The translations under genes were made by a program, and so were the position numbers. A model generated the notes under the pieces. The model was given only the letters and a program-made list of their open reading frames with translations, was not told where the DNA came from and ran no database searches. From a bacterium (GTDB lineage Bacteria > Krumholzibacteriota > Krumholzibacteriia > G020349025), in contig JANLSU010000016.1 of NCBI GenBank assembly GCA_031362565.1, positions 1 to 32,332 of the forward strand: DNA of 32,332 nt. Reading direction: 5' to 3'. Positions 9,020 through 18,502 of this stretch are shown piece after piece; positions within the stretch are counted from its first letter, which is position 1; the number at the start of each line of letters is the position of its first letter.

Positions 9020-9892
9020 TTGGTGGCGGCGAACACGAAGACGATTCACTATCGCGAGCAGCGGCCGGACGACCTGCTTCGCCCGTCCATCGAGTGCATC
9101 TGGATGGTGTGGGACGCCAAACGCCACGCCGCGCGCGCCCCGGAACACGTCATTCCGGATGCCTGCCCGGAGATCATCGTGCACTTGGGAGACCCCTTCG
9201 CGCGCCGCAGCGGGCAGCGCTGGAAGCAACAGCCGGCGGCGTTTCTCGCCGGCACATTGACGGCGCCTTGGACGCTGCGCGCCGGGCCCACGCTCTGCAC
9301 CCTTGGGATTCGATTTCGACCGGGTGGTCTGACGTCGATCTGGCCGTTCGACATGGCGCTCGCGACCGACCGCGAAGTCGCCCTCTCGGCGGTCACCGGC
9401 ATGCACCAGGCGCGTGATCTCGTGCAACGGTTACGCGCCGCGCGCGGCCAGGCCGGGTGCTTTCGCGCTGCCGCCGGATGGCTGATCGAGCAACGCGCCG
9501 CCGCACCCGCCACCCGACCGACGATTGCCCGCGCCGCCGTGCAACACATTCTGCAAAGCCGCGGCCAAGGCCGCATCGAGACCATGGCCGCCGACTTGGG
9601 CACCGGGCGGCGGCGCCTCGAGCGCGCCTTCGCACGCCACCTCGGCATTCGTCCCAAGCTGTTCGCGCGCATCGTGCGGTTGAATGCCGTCCTGGCAACG
9701 TTGGGAACGGTGGAACGCCAGAGCCTGGTGCAGATCGCGCTCGCGGCCGGCTACTTCGACCAAGCCCATTTGGCGCGCGACTTTCAAGCGGTCGTGCAAC
9801 GCACAGCACGCACCGACCGCACCTTGGACGGCGACATGGCGCACCACTTCACGCGGCCCGAGCGGCTCCTCGCACTCCTGGCCGGTGAATGA
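9020..9892 (+). CDS. AraC-family transcriptional regulator (DUF6597-like N-terminus)
   Basis: GGAGG then TTG 9020 / GTG 9023; PDACPEII, GIRFRPGG, RRLERAFARHLGIRPKLFARIVR and AGYFDQAHLARDF motifs. Confidence 0.9.
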   Translation: MVAANTKTIHYREQRPDDLLRPSIECIWMVWDAKRHAARAPEHVIPDACPEIIVHLGDPFARRSGQRWKQQPAAFLAGTLTAPWTLRAGPTLCTLGIRFRPGGLTSIWPFDMALATDREVALSAVTGMHQARDLVQRLRAARGQAGCFRAAAGWLIEQRAAAPATRPTIARAAVQHILQSRGQGRIETMAADLGTGRRRLERAFARHLGIRPKLFARIVRLNAVLATLGTVERQSLVQIALAAGYFDQAHLARDFQAVVQRTARTDRTLDGDMAHHFTRPERLLALLAGE

Positions 9893-9897
9893 TGGCG

Positions 9898-9934
9898 TGT
9901 CGCATTTGTCCAATCCCCAGCCCACGGGTATCCT
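9898..9934 (+). promoter_or_regulatory. Putative AraC-dependent promoter/operator for the downstream gene
   Basis: TGTCGCATTTGTCCAAT just after the AraC stop, overlapping TTGTCC (9906-9911), 17 nt spacer, TATCCT (9929-9934). Confidence 0.4.
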
Positions 9935-10026
9935 GCAGAGTAGGATTCGAGCCCCGATCCGGGCGTTCTTGAACCAGGACTTCGACCGGCCACAACACGC
10001 CGGCCGGTTACCAGGGAGAATGATCC

Positions 10027-10524
10027 ATGCGTCAACGCACCCGGTGGTTGCTCGGCCTCGGCTTGAGCGCCGGCCTCAGCCTCGCCGCAGCCCTGCCCTG
10101 CCGTTCGAACCCGAAGCTCGGCGGTTGCGCCGACCTTGCTTGGCTCGAAGGTTCATGGTCCGGCGCCAAGAACGGCGTGCAGATGGAAGAACACTGGACC
10201 TCGGCAGCCGGCGACGGCCTCGTCGGAATGCACAAGGACGTCAAGGACGGCCGCATGGTGTCGGTCGAGTTTTTCCGGATTGGACCGAACTCCGCCGGCA
10301 TCCCGACGTATTTCGCGAGTCCGAACGCCGCGCCGCCGACACCATTCGCAGCGATCGAATTCGGCGCCAAACGTGTCGTCTTCGAAAACCTCGCCCACGA
10401 CTTCCCACAGCGCGTGTTGTACTGGCTGGGTGCCGATGGCGCGCTGCACGCACGAATCGAAGGCACTCTGAACGGCGCAATGCAATCGGAAGAGTGGTCC
10501 TGGAGCCGGGACAAGGCGCATTGA
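10027..10524 (+). CDS. Exported DUF6265-like protein
   Basis: GGGAG RBS; signal peptide; LAWLEGSW..MEEHW..VVFENLAHDFPQRVLY..ARIEG pattern. Confidence 0.8.
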   Translation: MRQRTRWLLGLGLSAGLSLAAALPCRSNPKLGGCADLAWLEGSWSGAKNGVQMEEHWTSAAGDGLVGMHKDVKDGRMVSVEFFRIGPNSAGIPTYFASPNAAPPTPFAAIEFGAKRVVFENLAHDFPQRVLYWLGADGALHARIEGTLNGAMQSEEWSWSRDKAH

Positions 10525-10530
10525 ACGCGC

Positions 10531-12327
10531 TTACGACGCGTCGCCGGCCGCGAGGGTCTCCAATTCAACCCACCGCGCATAGGTTTTCTGGAGTGCAGTT
10601 TCAACCGTCGCGAGTTGTTGCTTCGTGCGCGCGACCTCGTCCGCCCGGGTCGTGTAAAAGCTGGGGGTCGCCATCAGCGCGAAGAGATGCTGCTTTTCGG
10701 CCTCGAGCTTTTCGATCTTCGCCGGCAGAGTGTCGAGCTCGCGCTGGTCCTTGAAGGTGACACGCGGCGCGCGCGGCGCGCGGCGGGCCGGTTTTGCCTT
10801 GGCGGGCTTCGCCGCAGTCGGCGGTTCGAGCGCCTTCTTCTGGCGCAGCCAGTCTTCGTAGCCGCCGGCGTACTCGCGCCACTCGCCGGCACCTTCCCAG
10901 ACGAGCGTCGAAGTCACGACGTTGTCGAGGAACGAGCGGTCGTGCGACACGACCAGCAACGAACCTTGAAACTCGAGCAGCAGGTCTTCCAAGAGTTCGA
11001 GCGTTTCCAAGTCGAGATCGTTGGTCGGTTCGTCGAGAACCAGGACATTGCAAGGCCGGGAGAGAATTTTGGCCAACTGCAGCCGCTTCCGCTCGCCACC
11101 GGACAGTTTGACGACCGGCCCCTGAATTTGCTCCGGCGTGAAGAGGAAGTCGCGCAGGTAACCGACCACATGGCGCTCGCCCCCCCCCACCGAGATCATC
11201 TCGCGGCCATCGGCGACATTCTCGATCACGGTCTTGGTCTCATCGAGCACGTCGTGCAGTTGTTCGAAGTGCGCCACTTCGAGCTTGGTGCCGACCGTCA
11301 CCGCGCCCTGCTGGGGCTCGAGGTCGCCCAGGAGCAAACGGATGAGCGTCGTCTTGCCGCAGCCGTTCGGGCCGAGAATTCCGATCCGATCGCCGCGCAT
11401 GATGCTGCCGGTCGCGCCGCGGACGATCGGCGTGCTGCCATACGCATAGCCGAGGTCTTTGTAGCGCAGCACGATCCGCCCGGATTTTTCCGTGTCCTGC
11501 AGTTGCGCCTTGACTCGTCCGGCTTCGTCGCGCCGCGCACCGCGCTCGGCGCGCAGTGACTCGAGCGCCCGGACGCGGCCTTCGTTGCGAGTGCGCCGCG
11601 CCTTGATCCCGCGCCGCAACCACGCTTCCTCCTGCGCCAGTTTCTTGTCGAAGACCCGGTCCTGCTCCACCGTGGCGCGCAACTCGTCTTCCCGCCGTTC
11701 GAGATAGACGTCGTAGTTGCAGCGATAACTGCGGATCACACCGCGGTCCAAGTCGAGGATGCGAGTCGCCAAGTTGCGAAGAAAGCTCCGGTCGTGGGTG
11801 ACGAAAATCAGTGTGCCGCGCCAATGCTGCAGCGCGTCCTCGAGGTGGCGAATGGCATCGATGTCGAGATGATTCGTCGGTTCATCCAGGATCAAAAGAT
11901 CTGGATTGCGCACCAAGGCCGCCGCCAGCAACACGCGGCGCTTGGAACCCGCCGAAAGGGTCTCGATCGCCGCGTCGAGATCCAGCGCCAGGTCGCCCGC
12001 CGCCTGATCGATGCGCGTTTCGATTTCCCATGCCGCATCGCTCCGGGTGGCACCGCAAACGTCGTGCAGGTAATCCCGCACGGTGCCGGCGAGATCGAGC
12101 GGCACATCTTGCTGCAAGCTCGCGACGCGCAGTCCCGGTTGCCGGGCCACGTCACCGGAGTCCGGTGCGAGACTGCCGTCCAGAATCTTGAGCAAGGTCG
12201 ACTTGCCCGCACCGTTGCGGCCCAGAAGCCCGAGCCGTTCGCCGGGCTCGATCTGCAGATTCACGGCGTCCAAGAGCGCCGGCCCCGCGAACGTGAGGCT
12301 GACGTTGTTCAGTCCCAGCAACGCCAT
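10531..12327 (-). CDS. uup: ABC-F family ATPase, Uup-like
   Basis: Two NBDs (GRNGAGKS..LDEPTNHLD; GPNGCGKT..LSGGE..LDEPTNDLD), linker EEAWLRRGIKARRTRNEGRVRAL, C-terminal coiled coil ending YARWVELE. Confidence 0.9.
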   Translation of the reverse strand: MALLGLNNVSLTFAGPALLDAVNLQIEPGERLGLLGRNGAGKSTLLKILDGSLAPDSGDVARQPGLRVASLQQDVPLDLAGTVRDYLHDVCGATRSDAAWEIETRIDQAAGDLALDLDAAIETLSAGSKRRVLLAAALVRNPDLLILDEPTNHLDIDAIRHLEDALQHWRGTLIFVTHDRSFLRNLATRILDLDRGVIRSYRCNYDVYLERREDELRATVEQDRVFDKKLAQEEAWLRRGIKARRTRNEGRVRALESLRAERGARRDEAGRVKAQLQDTEKSGRIVLRYKDLGYAYGSTPIVRGATGSIMRGDRIGILGPNGCGKTTLIRLLLGDLEPQQGAVTVGTKLEVAHFEQLHDVLDETKTVIENVADGREMISVGGGERHVVGYLRDFLFTPEQIQGPVVKLSGGERKRLQLAKILSRPCNVLVLDEPTNDLDLETLELLEDLLLEFQGSLLVVSHDRSFLDNVVTSTLVWEGAGEWREYAGGYEDWLRQKKALEPPTAAKPAKAKPARRAPRAPRVTFKDQRELDTLPAKIEKLEAEKQHLFALMATPSFYTTRADEVARTKQQLATVETALQKTYARWVELETLAAGDAS

Positions 12328-12330
12328 GAT

Positions 12331-12942
12331 TCACACATCTCCGCGTTTCGAGCCTTGGAGCCGGCCGGTATTCCACCACAGGGTTGCGACCAGCACGCCG
12401 CCGGCGATCGAGCCGACGAGCGACATGGCGAGATCGCCGAGCGTGTCACGATACGCGGTTCCCAACTCGTTCGGGTTGTTGCGAATGAACGCCGCATACT
12501 CGGCCAATTCCCAAAGGATATGCGTTACGGCACCGAATCCGACCGTCAGCGCTGCGACATCGAACCGGCGCAGGTGCCGTTGTTCGCGAATCATCAAACC
12601 AAACGCCGTCACCCAGGGCACCCAGGTGACGAAGTGCATGACATCATCCCACCACTCGATCGTGTCATAGAGATTGAGCGCGTTGCCTGCCGTATCGATC
12701 GTAAACGGCAACGCCACGAGCAGGTCGATGAGATGCGGATAGGGCATGGGCGTGCCGCGCCGCCGCCATCCCAACCACCAGACGAGCGGCACCAGCCAAA
12801 TGCCCGCGGGGTAGGACGCGAGACGCGTGCCGATGCCCTTGCCTTGGTACTGGGGCAAGTGCGGAAACACCACGGCATGCAGCAGAAGCAGCCCCAAAGC
12901 CACCTTGATGGCGACATTCAGGCGCGCCAGAGCGGATCGCAT
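12331..12942 (-). CDS. Integral membrane protein (DUF2238-like motifs)
   Basis: Several TM helices; WWDDVMHF, LWELAEY and YRDTLGDL motifs; ends 3 nt before the uup start. Confidence 0.7.
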   Translation of the reverse strand: MRSALARLNVAIKVALGLLLLHAVVFPHLPQYQGKGIGTRLASYPAGIWLVPLVWWLGWRRRGTPMPYPHLIDLLVALPFTIDTAGNALNLYDTIEWWDDVMHFVTWVPWVTAFGLMIREQRHLRRFDVAALTVGFGAVTHILWELAEYAAFIRNNPNELGTAYRDTLGDLAMSLVGSIAGGVLVATLWWNTGRLQGSKRGDV

Positions 12943-13017
12943 CGGATCGTGGCCACTTTCTTCGGCGGAGACGCGAAGGCCGCCCGACGCGGCGCCGAGC
13001 GGCCTCGCCGCATCGAA

Positions 13018-13094
13018 TGGTGGGCCGCCCGGGACTCGAACCCGGCACCACCTGCTTAAAAGGCAGATGCTCTAACCTGATGAGCTAGCGGCCC
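13018..13094 (-). tRNA. tRNA-Lys(UUU)
   Basis: GGGCCGC-TA-GCTC..GAGC-A-TCTGC-CT[TTT]AA-GCAGG-TGGTG-CCGGG-TTCGAGT-CCCGG-GCGGCCC-A-CCA, a 77 nt cloverleaf with encoded CCA. Confidence 0.97.
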
Positions 13095-13106
13095 AATTTG
13101 AGAGTG

Positions 13107-13136
13107 AAATTACCGTCTGAGCGTCACCCGGGTCAA
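13107..13136 (-). promoter_or_regulatory. Putative sigma70 promoter of tRNA-Lys
   Basis: TTGACC (13136-13131), 18 nt spacer, TAATTT (13112-13107), ending 12 nt upstream of the tRNA; the -35 overlaps the purA stop. Confidence 0.5.
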
Positions 13137-14425
13137 GCGCCCGGCTCGCCGTGTGGCGCGACGCGAAAAGTGCTATCACGATCGGCGCCCACGGATACGA
13201 TCGCCACCGGCACACCGGTGCGCGCCTCCAGAAATTCGATGTAACGCCGCGCCGCCGTGGGCAACGCCGCGAGCGACCGGCAGTCGCGCGTCGAGCGCTG
13301 CCAACCTTCGAAATCCACATACAGCGGCCGGCACCGGGCCTGCAGGGCGGTATCGGACGGCATGCGATCGATGCGCCGTCCGTCCAGCTCGTACGCGTCC
13401 GCGACCCGAATCGAGTCGAATTCGTCCAGGACGTCGAGCTTGGTGAGTGCCAACTCGGTGAAGCCATTCACCGCGGCAGCGCGCCGCAGCGCCGGCACAT
13501 CGAACCAGCCACAACGCCGCGCGCGCCCGGTCGTGACCCCGAACTCGCCGCCCGTCGTGCGCAAGCGCTCGCCGGTCGCATCCTCGAGTTCGGTCGGGAA
13601 CGGACCATTCCCAACCCGCGTTGCATAGGCTTTGGTGACGCCGATGACACGCTCGACCGCCTGCGGCGGCAGGCCGCAGCCGGCGAGAGCCCCAGCGCTG
13701 GTGCACGAGCTGGACGTCACATACGGATAGCTGCCGTGGTCGAGATCGAGCAATGCACCCTGTGCACCCTCGAGCACGATGCGTTGTCCCGCCTTCCACA
13801 GGTCGTGAACGAGTTCGGCGGTGTCGCAGAGCAGAGGCGCAATTTGCTCCCGGCAAGCCACGAGTTCGTCGCATGCGGCTTGTACGTCGAGCGCGGCGTG
13901 TGGTGCAAGCTCGGCGCGCTTGGCCTCGAGCGTCGCGGTGAGAAGTTGGCGCAATTCGCCGGCGGAGCGCTGAAAGACGTTCATTTGCAACCCATGGCGC
14001 GCCGCCTTGTCGGCGTACGCCGGCCCGATGCCGCGCCCGGTCGTCCCGACAGCCGCAGCGCCGCGCCGCACCTCTTCAGCGCGATCTTGCAAACGATGCG
14101 CCGGCAGCACGACATGTGCCGCCGAGCTGACGCGAAGACGCGACCGCAATTCGAGGCCGGTGGCTTCGAGCGCCTGGATTTCTTCGAGCAGTGCAAGCGG
14201 GTCGATGACCATGCCGTTGCCGAGCACGATGACGCATTCAGGATGGCGCACGCCCGACGGCACGAGGTGCAGCGCCAGCTTCTGCCCACCCTGAACGAGC
14301 GTATGGCCGGCATTCGCTCCGCCTTGGCAGCGGACCACGGCGCGCGCGCCGGCGGCTACGTAGTCGACGATCTTGCCTTTGCCCTCGTCGCCCCACTGGG
14401 CGCCCAGCACCACGTCACAGGGAAT
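13133..14425 (-). CDS. purA: Adenylosuccinate synthetase
   Basis: GAQWGDEGKGK, QGGANAGHT, GTTGRGIGPAY, EGAQG and GEFGVTTGRARRCGWFD motifs. Best start is ATT at 14425 behind GAGGAGG; the first canonical start is GTG 14413. Confidence 0.97.
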   Translation of the reverse strand: MPCDVVLGAQWGDEGKGKIVDYVAAGARAVVRCQGGANAGHTLVQGGQKLALHLVPSGVRHPECVIVLGNGMVIDPLALLEEIQALEATGLELRSRLRVSSAAHVVLPAHRLQDRAEEVRRGAAAVGTTGRGIGPAYADKAARHGLQMNVFQRSAGELRQLLTATLEAKRAELAPHAALDVQAACDELVACREQIAPLLCDTAELVHDLWKAGQRIVLEGAQGALLDLDHGSYPYVTSSSCTSAGALAGCGLPPQAVERVIGVTKAYATRVGNGPFPTELEDATGERLRTTGGEFGVTTGRARRCGWFDVPALRRAAAVNGFTELALTKLDVLDEFDSIRVADAYELDGRRIDRMPSDTALQARCRPLYVDFEGWQRSTRDCRSLAALPTAARRYIEFLEARTGVPVAIVSVGADRDSTFRVAPHGEPGA

Positions 14426-14512
14426 GGCCTTGCCTCCTCACACACACAGCAAATTTCGCCGCCGCCGCTCAAGGTTCCGCGGTGCTCGACGTCGAGTCGT
14501 TGTCGACGGAAA

Positions 14513-14905
14513 TCAACGGAAGAGAGTCTTGAGAGCCGACCACGCCTGCGGCGTCAGCTCCAGTGTGCAGTCCGACTGGCCGGGGTTCGAACGCTCCTCT
14601 GTGACGCCGGTATCGGTGCGCCCGTCGCCGTCTTCGTCACCCAGTTCGAACCCGTTCGTGCAGATGTCGCTGTCGGAGCGCAACTGCGCGATGGTGCGAT
14701 CCCACTTGGAACCATTGTTCTGAAAAGCGACACCGAAGACATTCAGCGACGGATTGGTGCTGGTCGGTGCCGGCACGACATGGCAATTGAGGCAGGCGAA
14801 TCGCCCCGCAACGGGCAGCTTTTGCATCAACGCCGTCGTCGCGCCAACCGACGTGGCGGCGCCGACGATCCCAAGCACCACAATCAATCGCAATTTACTC
14901 TGCAT
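14513..14905 (-). CDS. Small exported protein with one CxxCH heme motif, a temptin-like segment and C-terminal 'WSALKTLFR' tag
   Basis: GAGG then ATG 14905; signal peptide; CLNCH; NVFGVAF..KWD..SDSDICTNGFELGD..SNPG; 130 aa. Confidence 0.75.
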   Translation of the reverse strand: MQSKLRLIVVLGIVGAATSVGATTALMQKLPVAGRFACLNCHVVPAPTSTNPSLNVFGVAFQNNGSKWDRTIAQLRSDSDICTNGFELGDEDGDGRTDTGVTEERSNPGQSDCTLELTPQAWSALKTLFR

Positions 14906-15110
14906 CGTGCCTCGCACTTCGTGCGTCCGCGGGGCCGGCGCTCGGAAGCGCCACAAGCCCGCTTCTTCAAGTCTAGGCTCACGGGCCGGTGGGGTCAACG
15001 TCCCCGGCCGCCCGTCCGTCCAGCACGCATGCCCCAGGACAGCCGATCGTTCCCCAGGCTGCCGCCGGCCGCCTGGAGGCCCCCCACGGAACTGCAATCA
15101 CCGCGCCCGC

Positions 15111-16709
15111 TTAGAGCCGGATGAGGCGAATCCAATGGAAAAAGGGCTCGCGCCCGAGTTCCTCGACGAGCCGGGGCGGCGGCTCGGCGTCCAGGCTGAG
15201 CGTCGAAAGGGCCCGGGCGCCGTCCCGGGAACTGCCGTTGTTCATCTTGTTGATGTTGCCGCCCTGTGCGCCGACGATCGTCCCCATGCGCCCGATGACC
15301 CCGGGCACGTTGTCGGAGAGCGTCACCAACATCCAGCCGCGCGGCACGACCTCGAGCGGGAAATCGTCGATGCGCACGATGTGTCCGGTGTGTTTGCCGA
15401 ACTGCGTGCCGGCGATCTCGTGCGCGTCGCCGCTCGACTCGACGCGCACCCGGATGAGACTCGTGAAGTCGTCGCGTTCGTCGGCGTGCGCCACCGTCAC
15501 TTCGAGACCGCGTTCGCGGGCTCGCGCCCGGGCGTTCACCGCGCTGACACTCGCACCTTCCAGTGCGACACCCAAGAGTCCTTTCAAAACCGAGGTGACC
15601 AGCATTTCGACGTCGCCCTTGAAGCGTTCGCCGTGGAAATGCACCGCGACGCGCTCCGGCGGGCCGGAAAGAATCTGCGCCGCCATCGAACCCATCTTCT
15701 CGCAGATGTCCACATAGCCGCCGAGCAAGGCATACGTTTCACCACTCACCGCATGGGCGTTCGCCGCATGCAGCACAACGCCATTGACCAGGAACTCGGC
15801 AACCTGGCGCGCGATGGCGGTGCCGACATTGCGTTGCGCTTCCTCGGTCGATCCTCCCAAGTGCGGTGTCGTGATGATCTGTTCGTAGCGCGTCACCCGG
15901 CCGCCCGTCGGCGGTTCGGTTTCGAACACGTCGAGGGCCGCTCCGGCCACCTGGCCGGCGTCGATGGCATCGCAAAGCGCCTCTTCATCGATGATGCCGC
16001 CGCGCGCGCAGTTGACCAGCCGGACGCCGGGGCGCAATAGACCGAACTCGCGCTTGCCGATCAAATGCAGCGTCTTGGGCGTCAGCGGCGTGTGCACCGT
16101 GATGAAGTCCGAGTTGCGGAGCAAGTCATCGAGCTCGACGAGTTCGATGCTGGCATCCCGCAGCGTTTCGGGCGTCACGAACGGATCGAACGCCAGCACC
16201 TTCATGCCGAAGGCCACGGCGCGTTGGGCGATCACGGCGCCGATCCGCCCGAGCCCGACGATACCGAGCGTCTTGCCATACACCTCGACGCCTTGGAACT
16301 TGGTGCGCTCCCACTTGCCGTCCTTCACCGAACGATCGGCGGCCGGGATACGGCGCGCCAGCGCCATGAGCATCGAAAACGTGTGTTCGGCGGTCGAGAT
16401 GGAATTGGCGCCCGGGGTGTTCATGACGACGATGCCGCGCCGCGTCGCGGCTTCGACGTCGACGTTGTCGAGGCCGGCACCCGCACGGCCGACGACCTTG
16501 AGGCGTGGTGCGCCGTCGATCAATGCCGCGGTAATCTCATTGTTGCTGCGAATAATGACTGCATCGGCTTGCGGCAGGGCGCCCGCCAGTTCGTCTTGCG
16601 ACAAGTCACCGGGCGCATCGATCTCGAGGGCCGGGTAGTCGCGCAGGACGGCGAGCATTTCCGGCGCCGCCTTCGTCGGGATGAGGACTCGAAATCGCCT
16701 TTCGCTCAT
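15111..16709 (-). CDS. serA: D-3-phosphoglycerate dehydrogenase (long form with ASB and ACT domains)
   Basis: GRAGAGLDNVD, GIVGLGRIG, NCARGG, ALDVFETEP and TPHLGGSTEEAQ motifs; C-terminal DNVPGVIG ACT domain; start MSERRFRVLI at 16709. Confidence 0.95.
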   Translation of the reverse strand: MSERRFRVLIPTKAAPEMLAVLRDYPALEIDAPGDLSQDELAGALPQADAVIIRSNNEITAALIDGAPRLKVVGRAGAGLDNVDVEAATRRGIVVMNTPGANSISTAEHTFSMLMALARRIPAADRSVKDGKWERTKFQGVEVYGKTLGIVGLGRIGAVIAQRAVAFGMKVLAFDPFVTPETLRDASIELVELDDLLRNSDFITVHTPLTPKTLHLIGKREFGLLRPGVRLVNCARGGIIDEEALCDAIDAGQVAGAALDVFETEPPTGGRVTRYEQIITTPHLGGSTEEAQRNVGTAIARQVAEFLVNGVVLHAANAHAVSGETYALLGGYVDICEKMGSMAAQILSGPPERVAVHFHGERFKGDVEMLVTSVLKGLLGVALEGASVSAVNARARARERGLEVTVAHADERDDFTSLIRVRVESSGDAHEIAGTQFGKHTGHIVRIDDFPLEVVPRGWMLVTLSDNVPGVIGRMGTIVGAQGGNINKMNNGSSRDGARALSTLSLDAEPPPRLVEELGREPFFHWIRLIRL

Positions 16710-16719
16710 GGCGTCACAC

Positions 16720-17859
16720 TCACAAGTCCGCGAAGCGCGCCAGCACCGGTGCGGCTGCATCCGTCGCCACACCCGGTGCGACCGGCATCCCGTGGGCCCG
16801 CAGCGTCGCCTCGAAGGCCGCCAGGAAGAGGGTGATGTCGGCGGCGTCGAAAGCCCCCAGGTGGCCGACCCGCAGCATCTTGCCGGAGAGGTGATCTTGC
16901 CCGCCCGCGAGTTTGATACCGTACCGCTTGAACATCGAGCCGCGCACCGCGTCGGCGCCGACGTTCTCCGGAATAAGGATGGCGGTCACCGCATTGCTCG
17001 GGTGTTCCGCCAGCATTTGCAGGCCCAGCGCTCGCGTTCCAGCGCGCACCGCGTCGCCGAGAATCTGATGCCGCGCCCAAACCTTTTCGAGGCCCTCCGT
17101 CAAGATGCGCTCGCAGGCCTTCTCGAGCCCCATGACCAAGCTAATCGCCGGTGTCCAAGGGGACTGGCCCTGCGGCGCCGTCTTGAGCGCGCGCCCCAGA
17201 TCGAAGTAGAAACGCGGCGTGGGATTGTTCTCGAGCCGCGCCCGCGCCGCGGCCGAGAGCGACAGGAACGCCAGTCCCGGCGGCAGCATGAACGCCTTCT
17301 GGCTGCCCGAAATGACGCAATCGACGCCCCACGCCTTGGTCTCGACGCGGTGCGCACCTAGCGACGTGATGGCATCGACGACGAGCAACGCATCCAGCTC
17401 ATGCGCCACCTTGGCGATGGCCTCCAGATCGGCAAGCGCTGCAGTCGAGGTTTCGGAGTGCGTGACGAAGATCGACCGCGCCCCATGGCCGCGCGCTTCG
17501 CGCCGCAGTTGCTCGGGGGCGGGCGACGTCCCCCACTCGTTCTTGAGAACCCGCACGTCACGGCCGTACGTCTGCAACAGCTTGCCCCACCGTTCGCCGA
17601 ACTTGCCGCCGTCGATGGCCAGGCTCTTTTCGTTCGGCAGCGTCAGATTGACGACGGCAGCTTCCATGGCACCGGTGCCGCTTGCGGTCAACAGTACGAC
17701 CGGATCGTCGGTGCGATAGATCTGCTGCAGGAGTTCGCCGGTGCGGCGCATGATGGCTTGAAATTCCGGCGTGCGATGGTGCGGCATGGGTGCCGCCATG
17801 GCGAGCGACAGTTCCGGCGGCACGGGCGTCGGTCCCGGTGTGAACAAACGCGTCTGCAT
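16720..17859 (-). CDS. Class V PLP aminotransferase (serine-pyruvate/alanine-glyoxylate type; probable phosphoserine aminotransferase role next to serA)
   Basis: GGAGGA RBS; LFTPGPTP, HHRTPEF, SGTGAMEAA, HSETST, VDAITS and SGSQKAFMLPPG (PLP lysine) motifs. Confidence 0.9.
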   Translation of the reverse strand: MQTRLFTPGPTPVPPELSLAMAAPMPHHRTPEFQAIMRRTGELLQQIYRTDDPVVLLTASGTGAMEAAVVNLTLPNEKSLAIDGGKFGERWGKLLQTYGRDVRVLKNEWGTSPAPEQLRREARGHGARSIFVTHSETSTAALADLEAIAKVAHELDALLVVDAITSLGAHRVETKAWGVDCVISGSQKAFMLPPGLAFLSLSAAARARLENNPTPRFYFDLGRALKTAPQGQSPWTPAISLVMGLEKACERILTEGLEKVWARHQILGDAVRAGTRALGLQMLAEHPSNAVTAILIPENVGADAVRGSMFKRYGIKLAGGQDHLSGKMLRVGHLGAFDAADITLFLAAFEATLRAHGMPVAPGVATDAAAPVLARFADL

Positions 17860-17902
17860 GATCCTCCACAACCGGCCGAGCAGGGCGCACGACTCGCCGG
17901 GG

Positions 17903-18502
17903 TCACGATTCCTTGGTGGTTGCGAGCGCGTGCTCCATCCAATCGAGGAGTGCGTCGCGGCCTTCACCGGTTTGGCTCGAATACGGCACGACGGGCTGCG
18001 TTCCCGGCAGTTCGAGACACGCCACGATCCGCTGGATCGCCGGCTTACGCTCACTCTGCCGGAGCTTGTCCATCTTGGTCGGAACCAGGCAAAACGGCAG
18101 CCGTTCGGTGCGCAGCCACTCTACCATCTCGCAGTCGTCGCGAGAAGGCGCGTGCCGCGCGTCGACCAACTGCACCAGTCCCACGAGTTGCTCGCGAGTG
18201 CGCAGGTATTCCTGCATCATCTTGCGCCAATCGCCGCGCACCGCGTCGGGGGCGCGCGCGTAGCCGTAGCCCGGCAGGTCGACGACGTGGAACCGGTCGT
18301 TGACCAAGAAGTAATTCAAGCGCTGTGTCTTGCCCGGTGTCGACGACACGCGCGCCATCGTCCGCCGCCCCAGCAGATTGTTGAGCAGCGACGACTTGCC
18401 GACATTGGAGCGGCCCGAGAGCGCGATCTCGGTGCGCCGCCCCGGCGGGCACTCCTTTGGATTGCCGGCGCTCGTCACGAACGCCACCGTGTCGATCTTC
18501 AA
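17903..18502 (-). CDS. engB: Ribosome biogenesis GTPase YsxC/EngB (YihA)
   Basis: EIALSGRSNVGKSSLLN, STPGKTQ, VDLPGYGYA and TKMDK motifs. Start uncertain (TTG 18502 or GTG 18514). Confidence 0.93.
   Translation of the reverse strand: MKIDTVAFVTSAGNPKECPPGRRTEIALSGRSNVGKSSLLNNLLGRRTMARVSSTPGKTQRLNYFLVNDRFHVVDLPGYGYARAPDAVRGDWRKMMQEYLRTREQLVGLVQLVDARHAPSRDDCEMVEWLRTERLPFCLVPTKMDKLRQSERKPAIQRIVACLELPGTQPVVPYSSQTGEGRDALLDWMEHALATTKES

Noticed and set aside
11180..11188. Poly-C tract in uup as a phase-variation or frameshift site
   Set aside because: The frame is intact (encodes V-G-G-G) and such runs are expected at this GC content.
12960..13094. tRNA-Lys as an integration site for an island
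   Set aside because: No integrase and no duplicated tRNA 3' end were noticed in the window.
13151..15124. 657 aa plus-strand ORF, and similar long ORFs at 18796-20382, 22547-24811, 11794-13059 and 14754-16040
   Set aside because: Antisense shadows of clearly identifiable genes, typical of high-GC DNA.
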